The notes beneath the pieces were generated by a model, which ran no database searches, was not told the origin of the DNA, and saw only the letters and a program-made list of their open reading frames with translations. Source: Mobula hypostoma (Eukaryota). From it: a stretch of 64,000 nucleotides of DNA. Below are positions 24,301-39,300 of the stretch, one piece after another; position 1 is the first letter of the stretch; every line of letters starts with the position of its first letter. The stretch lies in NCBI RefSeq assembly GCF_963921235.1, contig NC_086108.1, forward strand, positions 29,948,001 through 30,012,000. Direction: 5' to 3'. A program made the position numbers and the translations under genes.

Positions 24301-27300
24301 TCTAGCCGAGACGAAAAAAAAATAAGTAAAATAAAAATAATAATAATAAGTAAATCAATTAAATATATTCAATAGATTTTTTAAAAATGTGCAAAATCAG
24401 AAATACTGTATATTTAAAAAAAAAAGTGAGGTAGTGTCCAAAGATTCAATGTCCATATAGGGATAGGATGGCGGAGGGGAAGAAACTGTTCTTGAATTGC
24501 TAAGTGCGTGCCTTCAGGCTTCTGTATCTCCTACCTGATGTAACAGTGAGAAAAGGGCATGTCCTGGGTACTGGAGGTCCTTAGTAATGAACGCTGCCTT
24601 TCTGAGACACCGCTCCCTGAAGATGTCCTGGATACCTTGTAGGCTAGTACCCAAGATGGAGCTGACTAGATTTACAATCTTCTGCAGCTTCTTTCAGTCC
24701 TGTGCAGTAGCCCCTCCATACCAGAGAGTGATGCAGCCTGTCAGAATGCTCTCCACAGTACAACTATAGAAGTTTTTGAGTGTATTTGTTGACTTGTCTG
24801 TTTTCACAATGTGAAAGGTCAGAGGTCATGGTGCGAGTATCAATCAGGGTAGTAGAGGACTTTTAAAACTGAAAGCAGATCAAGTCTAGTCATTTTCTGT
24901 TGTCAGGTTTGGAAGCTTATTGGGTTGTGGTATTTAGATGTTGCGATATCTGAATTTGAAAGCCTGTAAAATTATAGGAAGAAGTGACCTGAGGTTGAGG
25001 TGGGTGTCTAAGAAGCATTTCTGAAGTATAGTGAGTTTTGGTTGTGCATCATTCTGAGACTTTGGAAAGTTGTATCGGCGTAACTTCTGCATCCTTAACT
25101 GTAACCATGAGCTGGAAATTGTATCCATTAAACTGAGAATATAATGAATAACTAGCACTCTTTTCTCCCTTTAAAGTATTTGCTTTGCTGTGTCTTGTGC
25201 AGTAGAGACGTTGTGGTTGCTTTGTTCTTGTGGTTCACTTAATTATACAAGATTTGCGGCGTCCATGTGTCTGCTTTTTACTTAAGTTCTTCCATAATCA
25301 TCTTACAATTTTACAAATAGACAGCCTTATTAACTTCCCTCTGGGTCATGACCTCTGCCCCATATAGCTGAGTTGAATCTTTATTCACTTCTTTCTTCAA
25401 ATAAATCTACAAGTCTTCAAAAGAGAAAGTTACTGGACTTTTGTGCTTCTGTAGGTGGCTGCATTTGAATATTAGCATTAAAAACGGTAATGCTATTTAT
25501 ATGAAGCATTAAAGCAGCATGTTCTTAATTTTTAATTACACTTGGAAAAATTAAGTTGGTTATTTGATCTAAAACAATTTCTCTCCCTCCTTAGTGCAAG
25601 ATCTTTAAATATTTTAATTTTTATTTTGCTTGGGCACATGCCCATGAGGCTGCATTCCAATGTCTGGTTGAAGTTGCTGTCACCGAGTTTTGATGAATGA
25701 ACAATCATTTGAGGAACGGGGGCACAGTGGAAGAGGAGGAGGTTGGCTTTGTCCTCACTCCATTATCAGAAATCGATAATTTGCATCAGGTTCCACTGTA
25801 CACATTTCTGAGCGAGTCCTGGAATGGGAACCTTGCCTCCCTGGATCTCTGTAGAACAAAGAATATAGAAGATATTTCCACCATAATTCTGGCTGAGGCT
25901 AGCTAGCCTGGCATCAGCAATTGTATATTAGTTTACTTGTAGCTAATAAAAATGCATCAGTTTTAGTTCTAGTATGTCTGAGGTTATTGTATGCAGTGGG
26001 TCTTCAACATGAGGATTTTATCTCAGCCATTGTTGCCACTTTTAATCCAATTATTGGCAGAAAGGCTTCCCTTTTCTGTTTGTTCCCCCCCACCCCGCAA
26101 AACAGTTTTAGAAGAAAAGTTTGTATTTGATCACTTCTGAAGTTTCCTTTGGTGTCCTTGACCTCATTTGTGACCGGTGTCTGAAGTTGTTAGGCAATGA
26201 AGTGAGGAGGTGGTTGTACAGAAAATGTGAATAACAAGCTTTAAGCTGCCAAGTATAAATGTTTTCCACAAAACCTTAATGCTGTGGTATTTTCACAGCT
26301 GACTCTTGGTAGCTATGTTCAAAACACTGAGGTATCAGGAATTCGGCAACCTCTCATAGTTAAACAAAAAATCTCTTGTTTTACCATTAGGAATGCAGGA
26401 TCATGAAGAATTTCTCCTCACTGCGTGCCATTCTCTCAGCCATGCAGTCAAATCCCATCTACAGACTGAAGAGGGTTTGGGCTACTGTATCAAAGTAAGT
26501 CTATTACCAAGATGGCTGTATGCATTTTCTTTAACACGTATGAGGTGACGTGGATCGCAGATTCTTCCCTGAGTTTGATTTCAAGATGGGCAGATCTCAA
26601 AGATTTTGACAGGGTTTTCATTGTTGTACCCAATTCCCTAAAAAGATCTGTCTTTACTGAAGAATGAGCATTTGCTGAGTAATTGTATCTGGAGCAGGGG
26701 TTCCCAACCCTTTTTTTTATGCCATTAAGCGAGAGGTCTATAGACCTCAATTTGGGAACCCCTGCAATGGGTGAGCTGGGGGGTTGGGGAAAGAAAATAT
26801 TATCCCAATATAGATCTGCTACTAGTTGTGAATTGCCATCAAAATATTTACTCTGGGCATATATTTCCCTGGTGAAGTAAGAGTGTTCACTAACAACGTA
26901 GAGAATTTGCAATCCTTCGTCACTCAATGAAATGTGTTAAATCTTTCCAAAGCAATTGCCTGAGATTGGAATTCAATGTCAGAGACAACTTGATCCTATC
27001 CTGATTTTTTTTTTAATTTTAAGCTGCTTGAGTATTTGTCTGGCTACCATAATGTTTGATAAAGATCTCCATTCTGGTTCTGTGAAAATCTAAAGTTCCG
27101 CAGAGCTGTCCATTATTTATTTCGTCAGACACCTTGACGGCAGGTGATTAATCTGTTTCTTATAATTGTGTCTCACTCTTTTGATTAGAGACAGCATGTT
27201 GATGTTTGAAGAGCTTTCAGAAATATTCTCTGATCAAAATAACCATCTGACAAGTAGAGAGCTTCTAATGAGGGTAAGGTTAATGCTGTGGCTGAATGCT

Positions 27301-30300
27301 TTCCTATTGGTGGGGCATTAAATAGTTATAAAAAGTTCTTGCAATGGGTTAAGTCAGTTGCTGACAGCTAATGAATACTGTACACCAATCTCAGATCCAT
27401 TTTGTACCAGTTAGTTTGGTTTGGTCAAAATTTTTAATGGAAATGATAAGTACAATTTTTCATAAACTGGCTTTAAACTTGTGCTGCCATTCCAAGTGAT
27501 GGAAGTTTATCTTGGAATATCTTCTAATGAATTGCAAAGTGAAATTTGTGTTAATTATGTTCCTTTTGCTTCATGCACTGAGCTCCCCGTAATTTAAAAA
27601 CCAGGCAAAATGCTTGTGTGTCATTTTCTGTGTGTAATTGATGCGTCTAATTACCACCCATTTCTTACACTTTGTTATTTTATTGATAAGGATTACTGGC
27701 TGCATGGGACCCAGGCCACATTTATAATCCACATACTTTGTTCAATCTTTTTGACTGTAGCTACTAAATTTAAAGAAAATTACAAAATTAAATCAGCTGT
27801 CATCTTATTCAACAGGTTTCTGTGACTTGATAGAGCAATATGCTTTTAAAATACTGAATATGTTCAAAGTGCTAAGATAATCACTCCTGTGTATGAGTAA
27901 CCCTATTAACGTTGCAATCTTTTGTGTCACCATATTTTGAAAGTTTATCAAAGATAAGAGCATTGTAAGGAAATCTCATCAAATGCACAGTCATCTCATT
28001 TTGGGCGGCATATCAATGCTTGCTGTCTTAGTGGGGGGGAGAGAAAGCAAATCGTATTCAGTTGAAAAATTGGAGGAGTGCGTGTAATAGCATATGAAAA
28101 ATGCTCTTTTATCTTGCTGGTACAATCAGTATGGCAGTAATTCAGTTCAGCTGAGCTAATTTGTTTGTAAGAATAAGTAACATGATTCAAATCAAGATGT
28201 TAGGAATTGCAACTAGATCTTTTTCCATGTCTTTCCACAAAGCTCACACATCCTTCCCAGCTCATTGATTATTTGCCAAGATGTTTTCTTGACCGCCCCT
28301 TCACCCTGAACAAAAAGATCTTACAGCCAGCACATGTCACCCTAGGCCTCCAATGTTTAAACAAGCTGCTCACCCTCAGTTTAGATTAGGGTTAATTCAG
28401 CATTGGTATTGAAAAACTGGGTTAATAAAAACTGCTTATATTTAGGGATAGGAAATTTAGACTAATACTGTAACTGTAAATACTTGGTGCTTATGAACAT
28501 TCGAAGGAATGTGGTATCAATTCCTCAGATGTCCCTTTTCCTATTTGTTTCTGATTTATTTTTCTCGATCCTGAAGTTTTGCTTGCTTAACTAAATTAAC
28601 AGGCAGCAAAATACACTGAGCTGAGCCAAGATTGACCTCTTCTAGAATATTTGTGCTTATTTAAAACTGAATGATAGTCAGGACAGTGAGCACAATAGTT
28701 CAGTTCTTGAAGCATCAATTCAAAATCCATTTAGGAAACAGTCTTTTCACACCTTAAGCAAATGCACACAAAATGCTGGAGGAACTCAGCAGGTCAGGCA
28801 GCATCTGTGGGAATGAATAAAGAGTCGATGTTTCAGGCTGCAACTGTTCTTCAGGACTAACCTTCTTCCCCTCCCCTACATTTTTTTTCTGGCGTCTTCC
28901 CCTTCCTTTTCAGCCCTGATGAAGGGTCTCGGTCCAAAACATCGACTATTTGTTTATTTCCATAGATGCTGGCTGGTCTGCTGAGTTCCTTCAGCATTTT
29001 GTGTGTGTTGCTTTGGATTTCCAGTATCTGTAGACTTTCCCGTTTTCACATTTTAGTCAGTCAGTTGCCATTGTGGAACATTAGCAGACAATTTGTGACT
29101 TCAGAACTGTCCACTGTATCACTTACTATCTTTCCTTATCAGTATAATACTCTGAGCACTCATTTATTAATGGTACCTCAGACAAATTCCCTCCATTGCT
29201 TGGATTGAAGTAATCCATGCAGAAACTTTGACAGCCAGTTTCATAGAAAGCTGCATCTGAACTATTGTGTTTGTGCATTTGCACGTTTTTACCCCCTTCA
29301 TTTCAGCTACCTGGTGTTCTTGCTATCCTGACTCTATTTCCTCTGTTTGCCTTCCATAAATTTTAAAACAAAATTGAAAAGTTCACAGGTCTGGTTGTTG
29401 AAAGGTCATCCACCTATAATATTGACTCTTTCTTTCACCAGACAAGCATTTTCTGTTTTTCCAAATTCCCAGCGCTGCGGCAGTTTCCATTTCCATAAAA
29501 TTAAGTGGTTCACAGTCAGCAGTCGAGCTCAAAAACTATTCTGTCAATGACATGGGCTTCCTTTTCTCAAATCTGCTGAGTATCTCCCACTTTATCCTGC
29601 TTGTCACTCTGGCCTTCTTTGTTTGTATGGTCTTGCAACTTTTCACCCAGCCGTTCACTTTTATCATTCTGACTCATCCTGTTCCTTTTCTATTTCACTC
29701 TTCTACTTGCTTAGTTACTTGTCAGTCATGGTGTTAGCTACTTACAAACTTATTGCTGAGTTACCATACCACTTCAAGTTGTTCACAGGGTAAGAGAGAG
29801 TCAAAGTAAGGGTTCCTTGTTAAATCCCTCTTCTGTTTTGAATAGAGTTGTGAGTTTCTGTCTGCTCAAAGAGAACTAAATGCAGAACAGTCTTCTGTAA
29901 TATTCTTTCTGCACAGAGGTCCTCGAGTCCCATAGTTCTCAAGATGCTTGCCTCAAAGTTTCCCTGATCTTATGCTGTGTTAGTCCATTGTAACCCATCC
30001 ACCTTTTGTTGTCAATTGGCCGTTCTCTGATTGAAATCAAAATTGGGTGAACAAAGATTGTTATTCACATGCCTCATACTGAATACCTAACTATTCTTTA
30101 ATCGGAGAGTCTAAAAACAGTTGTTTTTGTAGTTATAAATATGGACCATGGATGATGCCTTAGCTTGTGCTTTCTTTAGAGATATAGCTGTCCCATATAT
30201 AATTCACTTTTATAATTTACTTCCTTTAATCTGTAGAAGTCATATAGATGCATGATTACCTTTAGTTTTATATTTAGTTACCTTTCTGTCGTCAATTGCA

Positions 30301-33300
30301 AGGTGAGTATTGATTACCAGTTTCCATTTTATGTTGGAGCTTGCATTGTGGGACCCATCTTGTGTGGCTGCTGTCTGTATCATCTACTAGTTCTGTGAGA
30401 TTATGAACTGAGCATACTTTGACACAATCCTAGTTATCTTCATCTCTGATACCCATTGAAGCAACATTTTTCATAGAGCATCTTTTCCGTGCACGTCTGA
30501 GCTTCACCATTTATTGTCCATCAATGTGACCAGCAATCCAAGTTTGGAAGCTTGCAGAAAGTCTGAACTAGTTCCCATTATGACAGTATATGAAACTTCT
30601 CCACCTTCCAACAAATAGTTCAAAGTATATTTATTATCAAAGTATGTGTACATTATACAACCTTCAGATTCGTCTCCTAGCAGGTAGCCACGAAACAAAG
30701 AACCCCAAAAGAACCCATATAAAGAAAGGAAACGAAGACTGTCGGACACCCAATATGCAGAGAGAAACAAAAAAACATTATGCCCATTTAAAAAGAATTT
30801 AAAACTAAAAAATCATAAAATAAAGAAGACCGTTAAACACCCAATGTGCAGAGAGAAAGAAAGTAGGATTAGAAAGTATTGAGATGTAAATACCCAATGA
30901 GATTATACCTATATAGTAAGGAGCAATGATTGTTCTTGTGCATAACAGGTCGATCAGTGTTTCCGCAGCAGGTTAACCCCTTCCAATTTCTAGTGATGTA
31001 AATTGTGTGTACTTGGGTGTAGGTTGTTAACAATCTGGTACGATACTGTTCTCTGTATGGCTGCCTAGAATTTTCACTCTAAATAAAGCACTGTACTGCT
31101 TATCACAGATGGAAATATCTTAGCTGAATCAAATTTATTCTTTGCAAGAGCCTCGAATGGAATAAATTTGATTCAGCTGGAATGCAAAACATTGCGGGAA
31201 AGTATCGGCAGGGTGCTAATTGCCTTTTATTTCCGTCCTTTCAGGAAGGCACTTCAAAATTTGCAAATTTGGACAGCAGTGTGAAAGAAAACCAGAAACG
31301 GACTCAGAAACGGCTGCAGTTGCAGAAAGATATGGTAGGTTACTCCTTTATATTCACCACCAGGTGTGCAGTATTTTACTCAAAAGAAAAAAATTGCCTG
31401 GAAATTGGCCTCATATTTGTACAATGCAGCTGTTCTAAATCTGGCTATTTACCAGTACTTAGAATTAAATAGAACACTAGTATTACTGATTGCTCTTTAA
31501 AAGTGTTCAGATTAGTTGCAAACTTAAACTATTTGTACTGAAAATGAGATATTGCTCTATTTTGACATAATTTCAATCAAAATATTCTACATTTCATATG
31601 ATTATGATTGAATGCCTGGACCAGTAAGCCAGGAATATGCCTCTAGGCCTTAGTAGGTAAGGTCTTGACAATAGTTGATTTTGTTCATTCATTGGGGCAT
31701 GGGTGTCACTTGGAAGGGTAGCAATTAATCGCCTCAAAGGTGGGGAGAAATAGCTACAGTCTTTATGCCTTGTGTTGGAAGTAATCACAGAACTGGTAGA
31801 AAGGTATTGGATTTCTACAATTTTCCTACACTATATTCCTACAACTACATTGGTGCTGTTTCCTGCACCCAGGCCGACCTTGTCGACTTCATCAACTTGA
31901 CCTCCAACTTCCACCCTGCCTTCAAATTTACCTGATCCATTTCTGACACCTCCCTCCCCTTTCTCGATCTTTCTGTCTGTTTCTCTGGAAACAGCTTATC
32001 CACTGATGTCTATTCCAAACCCAATGACTCTCACAGCTACCTGGACTATACCTCTTCCCACCCTGTTACTTGTAAAAGTGCCATCCCCTTCTCTCAATTC
32101 TTCTGTGTCCGCCGTATCTGTTCTCAGGGTGAGGCTTTCCATTCCAGAACAAAGGAGATGTCCTCTTTCTTCAACGAAAGGGGTTTCCCTTCTTCCACCA
32201 TCAATGCTGCCCTCAACCGCATCTCTTCCAATTAGCGCATATCTGCCCTCACCCCATCCTCCCGCCTTTCCACCAGTGTTAGGATTCCTCTTGTCCTCAC
32301 CTACCACCCCACCAGCCTCCAGGTCCAGCACATAATTCTCTGTAACTTTTACCATCTCCAACAGGATCCCACCACCAAGCACATCTTTCCCTTCCCCCAC
32401 TTTCTGGTTTCTGCAGGGATTGCTCCCTCCACAACTCCCTTGTCCATCCCTTCCCACTGATCTCCCTTCTGACACTTACCCTTGCAAGCGGAACAACTGC
32501 TACACCTGCCCTTACACCTCCTCCCTCACTACGATTCAGGGCCCCAAACAGTCCTTCCAGGTGGGGTGACTCTTCACCTGTGAGTCTTTTGGGGTCATCT
32601 ATTGTATCTGGTGCTCCTGGTGTGGCATCTTGTATATTGGTGAGACCCAACATAGATTGGGAGACCGCTTCGCCGACTACCTACACTCCGTCCACTAGAA
32701 AAAGTGGGATCTCCCATTTTAATCCCTCTTCCTAATACCCATTCCGGCATGTCTATTCATGCCTTCCTCCACTGTCGTGATGAGACCACACTCAAGTTGG
32801 AGGAGCAACAACTTGTATTCCATCTGGATAGCCTCCAACCTGATGGCATGAACATTGATTTCTCAAATTTCCAGTAATGGCCTCCTCGCCTCCTCCCCCC
32901 CCCCCGCACCTTCTCTATTCCCCATCCCCTTTTTCTTCTCTCACCTTATCTCCTTGCCTGCCCATTGCCTCCCTCTGGTGTTCCTCCCCCTTCTTATCTT
33001 CCAAGGCCTTCTGCCCTCTCCTGTCAGACTCTCCCTTCTCCAGCCCGGTATCCCTTTCACCAATCAACTTCCCAGCTCTTTACTTCACCCCTCCCCCTCC
33101 AGGTTTCACCTGTCAACATGTGTTTCTCCGACACCTTACCCCACCTTTTAACTCCTCAACTCTTTTTTCCCCAGTCTTGCTGAAGGGTCTCAGCCCAAAA
33201 CCCCGACTACTCTTTTCCATCGATGCTGCCTGGCCTGCTGAGTTCCTCCAGCATTTTGTGTGTGTTACTTTGATTTCCAGCATCTGTAGATTTTCTCTTG

Positions 33301-36300
33301 TTTGTGATTGGATTTTGACAATGATGGGTTGGTGGTGTATTTCCAAAGAGTATTGTTCTGTTTCATTGCCGTCCTTGTCTTTCAAGATATTAGAGGTGGT
33401 GGGCTTTTGGAAGGTGCTGAGAAGGAAGCCTTGATGAGTTGTTACAGTGTGTTTTGTTGATTGTTTGTATTGTGAATGACGATGGAGCGAGTAAGTGCTC
33501 AGTGGAAGATGGGAAGCCAGTCTAGCCGGCTTCCATGTTCTGGTGGTGTGAAGCTTCTAAAAGGTCAACTTCCATTCAATGGAGAGAATTCCCTGATGCT
33601 CCTGACTTCTCCCATAGATTAGGGAATCCACAGATGAATCTCTCAGCCAGAGTACAGACAAGACTTGTAATCTTTTGTTCTAAATGTTCCCCTTGGCCAT
33701 TTCTTTGTATCATCTAAACTGAATTGAAGTGTCTGGAGATTGGTTTGTGTAATACTTGGGACTTCTGTTTCTGGATGAAGATATTTGCAAGCACTTCAGC
33801 ATTGTCTTTGGTACTTGTGTCCTAGGCTGTGTAGTACATAAGAATAAGGACACTTATGGAACGTGCTTCCGCTAACTTGTTGCATTGTCCAACACCAGAA
33901 TCACATGGCAATGATGTACAGCTTTGATCTGGACCACTCCTACCAATCATTACAAGTTTGTCTCAATTTGTTGGAATTGTGCAAATGAGGCCAAATAGAT
34001 GCCACCCTTATCCACCTCTCTCCACCTTTGTTCTCACTACCTGCTTCAACCAACTTTGACCTTCAGGACTTGGCCAGATAGCTGTGGTGTTACTGAGAGG
34101 TCCTTGGTGATGGAAGTTGAAATCTTGCAGCTAAATGCATTAATGCCCTGTGATCCTTTCAAATATACCTTAACACGAAGCACTGATTCTTGCATGAGAT
34201 GGGATACACCAGGATGTCAAGTCTATGTTTTGTTAAAAGTGCTGATGATCACCTGGGCGATGAAAACTATCAAATAGGCTCATCAGTGGTGCTTGATTGG
34301 GAAAGAATGCTGTATTTGACCTTGCTACTTCTGTGATACTTGCTAATACTAAGCTACGAAATAGCTTCTATTCATCTTTCCAATAGTATTGATGTGAACA
34401 ATAAACAGAAAGGTTATATCTTTTATGGGCCCTATAATGTGGGAGAGCTATCAAATTCAAATAACAAATATTCCACAAAGCTTGGCATGGTTATCTTGGC
34501 GCAAAGTCCCAGGTCTTCCTAGACTGTGCCCTGGCTTTGTGTCTGAACTATTAACCTGTTTAATTCCAAATTGATTTAGTAGGATAAGAAGAGAATGTAA
34601 TGTGTGGACAGGATGTTTGAGAAGCTCACGCCATCCAGTATGTTCAAAGTTGAACTAATTTGCCTCTTCCCCAGGGTGTGATGCAAGGGACTGTGCCATA
34701 CCTTGGTACCTTCTTGACTGATCTGACAATGCTGGACACTGCACTCCCAGATTATGTTGATGTAAGTATTACTGTGTGTTGTGATTCCTTCTTTGGTTAC
34801 TGTTGTTCAAAGTTCAAAGTAAATTTATTATCAGAGTATATCTATGTCACCATATACACCCCTGAAATTCATTTTCTTGTGGGCCTACTTCAGTAAATCC
34901 GTAATAGAATAATGACCATAATAGAATCAATGAAAGACCACACCAATTTATGCAGCGATATTAAACCTGATTCTAAGCTGGGCATTCAACCAGTGTGCAA
35001 AAGACAACAAACTTTGCAAATACAAAAATAAAGAAATAACGACAACAAATAAATAAGCAATGAATAGCAAGAGCATGAGATGAAGAATACTTGAAGTGAG
35101 TCCATAGGTTATAAGAATAGCTCAATGATGGGGTGAGTGAAGTTCAGTGAAGTTATCCCCTTTGGTTCGAGAGCCTGATGATTGAGGGATAATAACTGTT
35201 TCTGAACCTGGTAGTGTGAGTCCTGAGGCTCCTGTACCACCATCCAGATGGCAGCAGTGAGAACAGAGCATGCCCTGGGTGTTGGGAGACCATGATGATG
35301 GATGCTGCTTTCCTGTGACAACGCTCCTTGTAAATGTGCTCAATGATGGATTGGGCCATATCCACTACCTTTTGTAGGATTTTCCACTCTAGTGTTACCG
35401 TACTAGGCCATGATGTAACCAGTCAATATACTCTCCATTGCACATCTATACAATCTCGTCAGAGTTTTAGATATCATGTCAAATCTTCACAAACCCCTAA
35501 GGAAGTAGTGGCGTTGTTGTCCTTTCTTCGTAATTGCATCTACTTGGTGGGCCCAGAAGTTAGAGCATCAATGAAAGTTGTTCGAAGGTAATCATCATGA
35601 AAATGAAACCATTTAAGGGATAGATTTAGAATACATTAAAGAATCTGAATGCATATGTTCAATAATTTAATGTACTGTGAAATTAACTCTGAAGTTGAAT
35701 GAAAATAGCTAAGCAGATCCTCTAAGTGCTGTCCTTCTTAACTGTGGTCCAAAATGTTGTGTATTGCACAGTTCATGCAGCTTTGTTACTTGGACGTCAT
35801 GCAACCTTTCATTCTTTGCTGCCAGTTTTGTTGTGTCGTATAAATTACGTTGCACAAAGACCACATCTTAAGCAAATTAAAAGCTATTAATGCACAATCT
35901 ACCTTCACATTATTGCAGTTTGGGTCATGGAAATTTTCAAATTACTTCTAAAAATTTTGAGGTACAGAATTAAAATTCACTCTATTATGTAGGGTTATGA
36001 GGCAAAATGATGAACAAAAATGAACAAGTGCTTTATTGAGGACAAACAAAGGTCAAGTTTTATTGCAGGTTGCTTGTTCAGAGTGAGTGGGCACAATGGA
36101 GTTGCCTTGGACGGACAAGATAATCTCTTGGATTGATACTTGTATAGTAATACTTCAAATAATCAGAATTCCCTTACCTATGGATTGCTCTTTGCTTTTG
36201 AGAGAAGAACTTGTTAGGGGTGCATCTCCTCTTGAAACATGGGTTTCACTGAGCTAAAATAAGTACTTGCATGGCAGAAAATCACATTAGAAGTAGTTTT

Positions 36301-39300
36301 CAAGGCACCCAAACCCTATGTAATGGAGAGGGTTATAAGTTGTCCTGCTTCTGAATTTTGGCCTCCTATTTTGGAAGCCAGTTAAATTGTATTCAATTTT
36401 GGCCTTTCCAAGTCTATAATCCTGCAGTGCATTCATCCAGGCAATGCTCTCTTTTTGCTACTACCACTGGGCAGGAAGTACAGGAGCCCTACGCGCCACA
36501 CACCAACCAAATTCAGGAACAGTTATTACCCTACAACCATCAGGCTCTTGAACCAGTGTGGATAACTTCACTCACCTGAACTCTGAACTCATTCCACAAC
36601 CTATGGACTCATTTTCAATGACTTAACAACCCATAGTCTCAGTGTTATGTTTTTATTTATACAATCTGTCTTTTTCACAATGGTTGTTTGTCAGTCTTTA
36701 TAGATTTTCATAAATTGTATTGTATATCTGTCTGTAAATGCCTGACTTTGCCTTTATTTGCAAGTTAAATTAATGCTTATCACCTCTTGTATTTCCTAGG
36801 GTGGTTTGATCAACTTTGAAAAGAGGAGAAGGGTTAGTATTAATTATTATATGTCGCACAATTTTCTGAAATGTATGAAGGCAAAGTGTTATTAAATCTT
36901 ATTAGGCTTTACTTTCACCAAAGTTAATGGCTTTAAATTATGTCACGAAAATCTAGTAAATGATTCCAAAGCTTGCTAGAAGCAGATTAAAGGGAATTGC
37001 ATAATTATTTAAAGAGGCAACACGATTATACACGAGTGAATAGAATAGAAATATCTTCAGTTGCATGAAGTGAAGTGAATTGATCACGAGTACAAGTATA
37101 GATCGATTGGGCTAAATAAATATTCTGTAATTTCTATGTAGTCACTGTCAGCAACTGCCTGTATCCGTATGGGATGCAGGTTAGAGGTTTGTTATTGAAT
37201 GATCCTAAGTGTGACTTTTTTTCCCAAATACTCACCATGTACTCCAGTTGCTCATAATCTTTTTAAACCTTCTGTTGGGAATGTGGTTGAGTTTTAATGT
37301 AGTACTTGAGGTAGAAATGATTCTGTCATTTTATTTTTGAAAGATATATTTTTCCCAGGATGGTGGGGTGGAGATGCATCTCTACTAAAGGAGGTGTAAA
37401 GTGCTTCTTCTCACTGCTAACCTGCAGGTCACCCTTGGACAAGGTGTAGCACTTGCATTTTCCCCTGATCAGGGTTGCGTGAAGCCATGGGAGCTGGTGA
37501 TGGATGACCGTATGAGCAGCCAGTGCATATCACAAGGTCTGATCATGTGACCACTGATGCCAGGCAGACAATCTCTGAAGAACATTGATAATGGCTGGGG
37601 TCACCCGTCTTGTAAAGACAGTGCCCAGGAGAAGGCACTTCTGTAGCAAAATTGCCAAGAGCAATCATTGTCATGGAAAGATCATGATCGCCTACATTGT
37701 ACAGTGTGGCACATAATGAATGAACAGGCAATATTTTCCCAGTTCAGATTTTGTTAGGCGGAAGGATGCAGTAAACATGATATCCAGTTTCTGGGCAAAG
37801 CTGTTTTCAAATTTGGACCTAGAAAAGTCCTTCACTTTTCATTTGATAGATAAAATGGTGATTTTGCAGAGAACCCAGAACTGATTGAAAGAAAACAATT
37901 CAGATTTCACAGCTTTCCAGCATTTCACTTCTCCCAGTCACTACCTTCTTTAAAAAAAACCCTATTAGTCTAACCATTGATACTGATGTTATACTCAGGA
38001 ATTTTTTGGAATAAACTAACATCCATCCAGAATGCTTGTCCACAAATCCTTTAGGAGTTTTTATGACTGTATAAATATTGAGTCATTTTAATTACCTGGA
38101 AAAGAATTTAGATATAAAGGAATCTTGGGATAAAATTCTATACTGGTTGTTCTTCAGGGAGTTGCACAATGTACTTCAAATCCATAGGTCTTTGATTGAA
38201 GTGCATTAAGTGAGCAGCAATTTAAAATTTTTAATGTGGTTTTTGAATTAAAAGTTTTTACAAGTTCTACCAACATGATTAGAGATAGGGATACTGGGAT
38301 ATTTCAGGGAAAGAAAACACTAAAATTTTCCTTTTAACTTCTGACAGGAGTTTGAGGTGATTGCACAGATTAAATTGCTGCAGTCTGCCTGTAACAGTTA
38401 CTGCATCAGTCCTGTCCAAAGTTTTCTCAAGTGGTTCCACAGTCAGCAGTACTTAACAGATGAAGAAAGGTAAGAAGCTTTGCAGGATTTTTTTTTTCAG
38501 TAGAATAACAAGTGTGGTTGTGATCATGTTAGACTTTTGAACTTTCAGAGTTTGAGACCAGTTCATTTACTCCTTCCATCTCTGGTTCAAGTATCACCAA
38601 TGGGACATGTTACTTCAGCCAGGTGTTGCTCACCATTCAACCAAGAATGGTGTTGTTCTTAGTACATGATAAAAGGCAACTAACATCAGCAGTTACTCTA
38701 AATGAATGATAACGACCAGAATGTGCCAGCTCTGGGATCCCATTTCAGGTTGCTTTACCACATTTTACTAGTCAACAGGATTGGCTGCACCATTTTAGTG
38801 AGGCTAGAGATGACACTGAAATATCAGTTGGCTCAGAGAACTGCTCCAGGTTCACTTGAGGTGCTGTCCATTGACTTCAGTGTGAGATCTCACAGGAATA
38901 TAGCTGAGGTCTGGAGTTCATTGGTTGTAACTCTGCATCTCCTTTGTTGCACTGAGCACTGGAAATTTAACTCGAGTGTCTGCTATTGCTAAGAGTCTTG
39001 CTAAATTGAATTTTCTTCAATCAAAGTGCAGTTTGCAACATTTTTGTTCTTCTGCTCTAAGTGTCCTGCTGAAAGGTGGTGTTAGATCATGGTGGCTCTT
39101 CTCTGAATTTCCCACAGAAGCTCCATTCCTTCCCATTTGCTTTTCATGTGGAAAGCATTGTGCTTCAGGAAATGCCAACCACTCCAGATTGCCGCACCTG
39201 TCAACCATTAATCAAAGTAATGAGCCATGTTCTCTAGCCAGAGAAATAAATGGCCCCGAACAAAATAATCATTTGCGCAAGCTGAGTTTGTGAAAATAAC

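Noticed and set aside
32877..33434. 185-aa Pro/Ser-rich ORF
   Set aside because: It is a translation of the pyrimidine-rich PLE 3'UTR.
38345..38350. CAGGAG tandem (NAGNAG) acceptor
   Set aside because: GAG acceptors are rarely used, and the conserved protein requires the proximal CAG.
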